Assembly: GCA_011364905.1 (NCBI GenBank)
Contig: RDNZ01000063.1
Span: 1 to 11,912, forward strand
Origin: Candidatus Thorarchaeota archaeon
GTDB taxonomy: Archaea; Asgardarchaeota; Thorarchaeia; Thorarchaeales; Thorarchaeaceae
DNA: 11,912 bases
Direction of reading: 5' to 3'
Position numbers and translations under genes: made by a program. The notes below the pieces were generated by a model. The model did not search any database and was not told where the DNA came from. It was given only the letters and a program-made list of their open reading frames with translations. Shown piece by piece: positions 7,186 through 11,912 of this stretch (the stretch's first letter is position 1; each line of letters begins with the position of its first letter).

Positions 7186-7266
7186 AAACCCATCAGAGCG
7201 AGTTCATCCTCTTAATCTGACATAGACACATAGATGTCATGTCTGGGGTGACAAAAGTGACAAAGA

Positions 7267-7355
7267 ATGCAGTAGACCTCACAGGATATACGACGAGTTC
7301 TGTCCTGCTGGTCGATCCCATCGGATGTGTTGCGTACGCACCGAGTGTACTGCAT
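7267..7355 (+). ncRNA. Candidate structured cis-regulatory leader RNA (three-way junction) upstream of rpl11
   Basis: Folded by hand. P1: ATGCAGTA 7267-74 with TACTGCAT 7348-55. P2: GACC 7275-78 with GGTC 7310-13, plus CAGGATA 7282-88 with TGTCCTG 7301-07. P3: TCGG 7321-24 with CCGA 7341-44, plus TGTGT 7326-30 with ACGCA 7336-40. Confidence 0.45.
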
Positions 7356-7372
7356 CAGGAGTCGTGCTAGAA

Positions 7373-7873
7373 TTGAGCGAAAAAGACGTTATTGTAGACG
7401 CGATGGTTGAGGGAGGGAAGGCTAGCGGTGGTCCTCCTATTGGTCCCGCTTTAGGACCCACTGGTGTCAACATCTTCCAAGTCGTGACAAAAATCAATGA
7501 GATTACACAGCCCTTTGCAGGATTGAAGGTGCCGGTAAAGATAATCGTTAACCCGAATGACAAAAGTTTCGAGGTTGAGGTTGGAACACCACCAACAAGC
7601 GCATTGATCCTGAAGGAAGTTGGAGTGGCAAAGGGTTCTGGAGAGCCTAGTACGAATATTGTTGGAAATCTCACTCTAGACCAAATCAAAAATATCGCAA
7701 AGGGAAAGGCGAGTGACCTCTCTGCTCTTTCTATGAAGTCAGCGGTCTTGATAATCTCAGGCACCTGTGGTCAGATGGGTGTGACAATTGAAGGCAAGCG
7801 TGCTAAGGAGTTCCAGGCAGAGGTTCAAGAGGGCACATGGGATGCTCAGCTGGACGAGCCACTTAGGGAGTGA
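7373..7873 (+). CDS. rpl11: 50S ribosomal protein uL11
   Basis: VEGGKASGGPPIGPALGP, VPVKI, VGTPPTSALI, VGNLT and GTC..MGVTIEG. Start set to TTG7373 after AGGAG (7357-7361); the ORF-track extension to 7325 is not L11-like. Confidence 0.96.
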   Translation: MSEKDVIVDAMVEGGKASGGPPIGPALGPTGVNIFQVVTKINEITQPFAGLKVPVKIIVNPNDKSFEVEVGTPPTSALILKEVGVAKGSGEPSTNIVGNLTLDQIKNIAKGKASDLSALSMKSAVLIISGTCGQMGVTIEGKRAKEFQAEVQEGTWDAQLDEPLRE

Positions 7874-7879
7874 TGATGA

Positions 7880-8536
7880 GTGTCACTATCAGTTGATAAG
7901 GTCGAAAAAGCAGTTGCTGATGCCCGTGCAAAAGGTACTGAGAGAGGAATCAAGTTCGAACAGAGTTTTGATGTTGCTGTAAACTTCAGGAAGAAGGAGC
8001 TGGATGTGTCAAAACCTGAGAATAGGCTAAATCAAGAACTGGTCTTGCCAAATCCGCTTTACCCGCCCCCCAAAGTGTGCGCTTTTGGAGATGGCGAGTT
8101 TGCTGATAAGGCCACCGAAGCTGGAGCAGAACGTGTCGTCCCGAAGGATGATATCCCTAGACTTGGTGAAGAGAAGAAAGAACGAAAGACGTTGGCTAAG
8201 AGCTATGATTTCTTCATCGCATCTGTCGATGCAATGCCCCTCATTGGTCGATATCTGGGTCAAGCTTTGGGATCAAGAGGTAAGATGCCAAAACCATTTC
8301 CACCCCAAGCCGATCTCAGTGCTATAATAAATCAGTATCATCGAACAGTCCGTGTCAGAATGAGAAACACACCCACATTCCATGTGAAAGTGGGACATGT
8401 CAAGATGAGCGATAGAGAAGTAGCAGACAACATCATTGCAGTCCTCAACTTTGTGGAGAGTAAAGGCTTCTCTGCAAGAGTGAGCAATGTTCTGGTCAAG
8501 ACAACCATGGGACCAGCCATTGAAGTTTCTGCTTAG
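7880..8536 (+). CDS. rpl1: 50S ribosomal protein uL1
   Basis: KFEQSFDVAVN, LPN, YDFFIA, MPLIGRYLG..LG.RGKMP and VKTTMGPA. GTG start. Confidence 0.96.
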   Translation: MSLSVDKVEKAVADARAKGTERGIKFEQSFDVAVNFRKKELDVSKPENRLNQELVLPNPLYPPPKVCAFGDGEFADKATEAGAERVVPKDDIPRLGEEKKERKTLAKSYDFFIASVDAMPLIGRYLGQALGSRGKMPKPFPPQADLSAIINQYHRTVRVRMRNTPTFHVKVGHVKMSDREVADNIIAVLNFVESKGFSARVSNVLVKTTMGPAIEVSA

Positions 8537-8551
8537 AGTTGGTGATGAAAG

Positions 8552-9580
8552 ATGTCAGTATATGAAAAAACGATCCCACAATGGAAACAGGACATGGTCG
8601 AGAAACTGACAGAAACCATCAGTGAAAGCGAGATGGTCGGTCTTGTTAACGTTGAAGGAGTAGGAGCAAAGCAACTTCAAGGAATCAGGGAGAATCTGAG
8701 AGGGTCAGCAGTCATTAAGATGGCTAGGAATACTCTCATGATAAGAGCGTTAGAGAAGTCCAATAAGAAGGGGATAAAGGACCTGATTCAATACGTGGAA
8801 GGACCTGTTTCTTTTGTGTTCAGCGACCAAGACCCATTCACAATGAGCAAATTCCTTAGTGAGAATAAGACTGCTGCTCCAGCAAAGGGAGGCCAGATTG
8901 CACCAAAGGACATCATTGTTCCCGCGATGAACACTGGTGTGGCCCCTGGCCCGTTCATTAGTGAGCTGGCAGGTCTTAAGATTCCATCACGTGTGAAAGG
9001 TGGTGTGATTCACATCACTGAGGATACTGTCGCCGTGAAAGCAGGATCTGTCATCTCAAACGCCATGGCGTTGATGCTCTCACGTTTAGGAATTGAACCG
9101 ATGGAGCTACAGCTCAAACTGATAGCTGCATACAGTGATGGAGCTGTTCTCACTGCAGACAGCTTCGAGGTCGACATTGAGTCACTATTCAATCAAGTCA
9201 TCGCTGGTCACCAATATGCAGTGAATCTCTCAGTGAATCTTGGGATACCCACTGAGGAAACAATGCCGCTCATTATTGCTAAGGCCAACATGGAGGCCAG
9301 GAGTTTGGCATTATACGTTGGATTCTTCGTGCCAGAGATGGTCGAGGAGTTTCTGTCAAAGGCGAACTCGGAGGCATATGCGCTCATCGCGGCTATTGCT
9401 GAGAAGGATCCTGAAGCAATACCCTCCAATATCCTTAGTCAGGTTCAGACAGCTGCTGCGGCAGCATCATCAGCGGCTGCACCCGCCTCAGACGCGGCTC
9501 AGCAGCAGGAACCTGAAGAACCTGAGGAAGACGAGGAAGAAGAAGAAGAAGTAGCAGGCATGGGAAGCCTGTTTGGATAA
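8552..9580 (+). CDS. rpl10: 50S ribosomal protein uL10 (P0)
   Basis: IPQWK, LQ.IR..LRG, RNTL, APAKGG.IAP.DI.VP..TG..PGP, Ala-rich hinge and acidic tail ending AGMGSLFG. SD GGTGA. Confidence 0.97.
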   Translation: MSVYEKTIPQWKQDMVEKLTETISESEMVGLVNVEGVGAKQLQGIRENLRGSAVIKMARNTLMIRALEKSNKKGIKDLIQYVEGPVSFVFSDQDPFTMSKFLSENKTAAPAKGGQIAPKDIIVPAMNTGVAPGPFISELAGLKIPSRVKGGVIHITEDTVAVKAGSVISNAMALMLSRLGIEPMELQLKLIAAYSDGAVLTADSFEVDIESLFNQVIAGHQYAVNLSVNLGIPTEETMPLIIAKANMEARSLALYVGFFVPEMVEEFLSKANSEAYALIAAIAEKDPEAIPSNILSQVQTAAAAASSAAAPASDAAQQQEPEEPEEDEEEEEEVAGMGSLFG

Positions 9581-9601
9581 GTAATACAAGAGGTAACAAC
9601 A

Positions 9602-9916
9602 ATGGAGTACGTATACGCAGCACTTCTGCTCCACAAGGCGGGTCAGAAGCTCACAGCCAAGGCGATGGAGGACACTCTAACCGCTGCTGGTGTGACACCA
9701 GATAAGGGTAGGGTCAAAGCACTGTTAGCAGCTCTGAAAGATGTTGACATTGATGAAGCCCTCAAGAGCGCCGCAGCAATGCCAATGGCCGCTGCTCCAG
9801 CAGCAGCAGCTGGTGGTGCAGGCCCGGCTGAGGAGAAGAAGGAAGCAAAGAAGGAAGAAAAAGAGGAAGAGAAGGAAGAAGAGTTCACTGCAGGACTCGG
9901 TAGCCTTTTCGGTTAA
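9602..9916 (+). CDS. rpl12: 50S ribosomal stalk protein P1 (archaeal L12)
   Basis: [26 protein letters not shown], Ala hinge, E/K-rich linker, [15 protein letters not shown]. Confidence 0.97.
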   Translation: MEYVYAALLLHKAGQKLTAKAMEDTLTAAGVTPDKGRVKALLAALKDVDIDEALKSAAAMPMAAAPAAAAGGAGPAEEKKEAKKEEKEEEKEEEFTAGLGSLFG

Positions 9917-9956
9917 ATTGGGCATTACGTCCCGTTCAACCAAGTCCTCTAACATA

Positions 9957-10004
9957 AGTGGGCGGATAGGTCGCAAGCCTGTCTGCCCGTTAAATCCTTT
10001 TTTT
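9957..10004 (+). terminator. Hairpin plus T7 tract after rpl12 (putative terminator)
   Basis: GGGCGGATAGG (9960-70) pairs with CCTGTCTGCCC (9978-88) around a GCAA loop; T7 at 9998-10004. Confidence 0.6.
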
Positions 10005-10072
10005 CATTTGGATTTTAAGGCAGATCCTCTGAACCCAAGAACACAAATCTTGGATAGCTGTCTGAAAACAGT

Positions 10073-10855
10073 GTGAAAATCGTTTATCATCCGTTAATGC
10101 AGGAGCATTATGACCAGACTCCAGCTGGAGCGCCTGGAAGACTGGATACAGCGGTCGAGATTTTGGGAAGCCATCCGGACTATGAGTTTGTGGAAGCGCG
10201 ACCTGCTACTGAAGAGGAGATACTCCGTGCTCATGGCACTCGTACGTTAGAATCAGTAAAACGTGACTTTGACTCTACTAGAGCTGGATTACTCTACAAA
10301 ATGGCGGTGTTGGCAGCGGGAGGTGCAATTATGACTGCCGAAATTGCAGTTCAGGGGGAACCAGCATTTGGGCTCATCAGACCGCCGGGGCATCATGCAT
10401 CAAGCAACTCCCATTGGGGATTCTGCTATTTCAACAACATCGCAGTGTCACTACTGCATCTTCGAGCTGAGGGGTTAATTGAATCTGCATACATCTTGGA
10501 TTTCGATCTTCATACCGGAGACGGAAATATCAACATCCTGGGACAAGATCCGAAATTCACTATCCATAATCCCAGTGGAAACGGTGATGAGGAATACCTG
10601 AGGGAGGTCAAACAATCACTTGAGTCTGCTCCAGATGTTGACATTATAGTTGCCTCAGCTGGGTTCGATCAATATGTGGATGACTGGGGCGGCAATCTCA
10701 CTATGGAAGCGTTTCACCATATAGGCAGACTAATGCGTGAGTTCGCGGAAGAGAGGTGTGAGGGACGCAGGTATGGCCTCCTTGAGGGAGGCTATAATTT
10801 TGCAGACCTAGGAAAAAATGTTCTTGCGTTCTGCGATGGACTACGAGGCGTTTAG
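10073..10855 (+). CDS. Zn-dependent histone deacetylase/AcuC-family deacetylase (compact)
   Basis: RPPGHHA, GFCYFNN, DFDLHTGDG, SAGFD and LEGGY. The catalytic His dyad, D/H/D metal ligands and Tyr are all present. GTG start. Confidence 0.93.
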   Translation: MKIVYHPLMQEHYDQTPAGAPGRLDTAVEILGSHPDYEFVEARPATEEEILRAHGTRTLESVKRDFDSTRAGLLYKMAVLAAGGAIMTAEIAVQGEPAFGLIRPPGHHASSNSHWGFCYFNNIAVSLLHLRAEGLIESAYILDFDLHTGDGNINILGQDPKFTIHNPSGNGDEEYLREVKQSLESAPDVDIIVASAGFDQYVDDWGGNLTMEAFHHIGRLMREFAEERCEGRRYGLLEGGYNFADLGKNVLAFCDGLRGV

Positions 10856-10857
10856 GC

Positions 10858-11313
10858 ATGATGTATGAGTTACTCAGGGATGCGGTTAGGCGTCACTTAG
10901 ATGAGACATTACTAATAATCGGTCAGCTAGCGGAGCTGGACATCATGGATAAACCAGTTTCGGGGGGGAGAGGGATTGGGGAGATAGTTCTTCATATGAT
11001 ACGCTCTCTGGAGTACTATATGCGGGGGATTGTTGAGAATTTTTGGGAGCCTCTTCCCTACACGCTTGAAACACACAGCACTTCTGAAGCAATCATTGAG
11101 CTTGCGGAACAGGTCTTCAAAAGGGTCAGTGAATACATGTACTTCGTACGACTGATGAATCTTGATGAGAAGATTGACTCCTTCAGCCGTCCAACGACAA
11201 TTGCCGAGCTTATTTTGGAGATGCTCGAGCACAGTGTCCACCATAGAGGACAGATTGTTGTGTACTACAGGCTTCTTGGGATAACTCCGAAGCAGATATC
11301 ATATATCGTGTAA
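10858..11313 (+). CDS. DinB/YfiT-family four-helix metalloprotein
   Basis: 151 aa, helical, with IGEIVLH and EHSVHHRGQI..Y.RLLG..P motifs giving the His triad. Starts 2 nt after the deacetylase stop. Confidence 0.88.
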   Translation: MMYELLRDAVRRHLDETLLIIGQLAELDIMDKPVSGGRGIGEIVLHMIRSLEYYMRGIVENFWEPLPYTLETHSTSEAIIELAEQVFKRVSEYMYFVRLMNLDEKIDSFSRPTTIAELILEMLEHSVHHRGQIVVYYRLLGITPKQISYIV

Positions 11314-11345
11314 AAGAAAAAGGATGTGGGAGTTGCCCTCCCACA
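11312..11345 (-). terminator. Hairpin terminator between convergent genes
   Basis: TGTGGGAG (11325-32), 5-nt loop, CTCCCACA (11338-45). On the minus strand it is followed by TCCTTTTTCTTTT. Confidence 0.7.
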
Positions 11346-11346
11346 A

Positions 11347-11661
11347 TTAGTCAGGCAAATCTTTGAAGACTTGACCTATAGCTTTGCGATACTCGGTAAA
11401 GGCGTCTTGCCCTTTTTGAGTCAATTTCAAGATGGTATGAGGCTTCTTATCCAGAAACTCCTTCCGAACCTCGATATATCCAGCCTCCTCAAGTTTACTC
11501 ATGTGTGAGGAGAGGTTCCCCCACGTGAGACCAGTCTTATGCATTAGGAAGATGAAGTCAGCCTCTTCAACTACATAGAGCTGTGCCATGATCACAAGTC
11601 TTGCAGGCTCATGAATGAGCTTGTCAATATCGATTGTTGGTCCACGATCTTCAGTGCTCAC
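11347..11661 (-). CDS. Winged helix-turn-helix transcriptional regulator (ArsR/MarR-like, HTH_34 type)
   Basis: IDKLIHEPARLVIM, F..L...TGLTWGNLSSHMSKLEEAGYIEVRKEF, T..KLT.KG..AF..Y. GTG11661 is 9 nt after GGAGG and is preferred over ATG11670, which abuts the SD. Confidence 0.9.
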   Translation of the reverse strand: MSTEDRGPTIDIDKLIHEPARLVIMAQLYVVEEADFIFLMHKTGLTWGNLSSHMSKLEEAGYIEVRKEFLDKKPHTILKLTQKGQDAFTEYRKAIGQVFKDLPD

Positions 11662-11912
11662 TAGAACCATCCTCCGGTATATCTACTATAGGATATTTCC
11701 GGACGAATAGAGTAAACCTGATGATGCCTAGGACTACAAAAGCGAGACCCCAAGAGAGCATGTAAATCGTCAGAGCATATGTTGCAGGGATGAACATTGC
11801 AAGGGTGACCGCTAGACCAGTGACTGTCATCACGGTACCAAGTAGGTAATACCGTTCCTGACCGGTCTGGTCCTGCAAAGATAGACATGGCCCCCACATA
11901 AGACATCCACAG
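11651..11912 (-). CDS. Hypothetical multi-pass membrane protein, C-terminal part (5'-truncated; possible frameshift near 11870)
   Basis: Two hydrophobic helices (YYLLGTVMTVTGLAVTLAMFI; IYMLSWGLAFVVLGIIRFTLFVRKYP). The gene overlaps the start of the wHTH gene. Confidence 0.7.
   Translation of the reverse strand, partial: CGCLMWGPCLSLQDQTGQERYYLLGTVMTVTGLAVTLAMFIPATYALTIYMLSWGLAFVVLGIIRFTLFVRKYPIVDIPEDGSSEH

Noticed and set aside
7267-7355. Possible 5S rRNA, tRNA or hammerhead ribozyme
   Set aside because: Only about 90 nt. It lacks the 5S loop C CCGAAC, the tRNA T-loop and cloverleaf, and the hammerhead CUGANGA/GAAA core.
7325-7372. Cys-rich N-terminal extension of uL11 (MCCVRTECT...) in the ORF track
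   Set aside because: It overlaps the structured leader. The SD-like AGGAG and L11 similarity point to TTG7373.
7870-7879. TGATGATGA triple stop after rpl11 and GTGATGA box-C-like motifs (also 8542-8548); possible selenocysteine read-through or C/D sRNA
   Set aside because: Explained by a stop codon overlapping archaeal GGAGTGA/GGTGA SD sequences. uL11 is complete, and I found no convincing paired box D or SECIS.
9453-9895. Ala-rich and E/K-rich repeats in rpl10 and rpl12
   Set aside because: Normal hinge and acidic tails of stalk proteins.
9741-10076. 111-aa + strand ORF spanning rpl12 and the downstream gap
   Set aside because: Out-of-frame shadow of the low-complexity rpl12 tail running through terminator hairpins.
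10962-10968. G7 homopolymer in the DinB gene as a phase-variation site
   Set aside because: Short, in frame (SGGRG), and the ORF is intact with motifs on both sides.
126-11508. Many antisense and alternative-frame ORFs (e.g. 1625..2116, 5414..5944, 7279..7764, 10927..11244)
   Set aside because: They overlap well-supported conserved genes and show no recognisable motifs.

Overview
This is an archaeal core-genome window. The charged protein extensions, FtsZ plus Spt5, and frequent TTG starts suggest an Asgard/Thorarchaeia-like host, but that placement is inference only. Nearly everything is on the + strand, forming a translation/secretion/division superoperon: rpl39e (partial), rpl31e, aIF6, rpl18a (LX), pfdA, ftsY, argF, a PfkB kinase, ftsZ, secE, spt5, rpl11, rpl1, rpl10 and rpl12. 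A compact histone-deacetylase-family gene and a DinB-family gene follow, converging on a minus-strand membrane protein/winged-helix regulator pair. Four features stand out. (1) Spt5 has a C-x2-C-x12-H-x3-C zinc finger plus a K7 run inserted in its NGN domain, and an acidic/aromatic C-tail. (2) A candidate three-way-junction RNA sits in the long leader before rpl11. (3) rpl31e has a ~65-aa charged N-terminal extension broken by a 1-nt frameshift in a 9-nt repeat. (4) Repeat/dyad-rich intergenic DNA precedes ftsZ and secE, and a switch-like hairpin set follows rpl12. I found no rRNA, tRNA, CRISPR array or mobile element.
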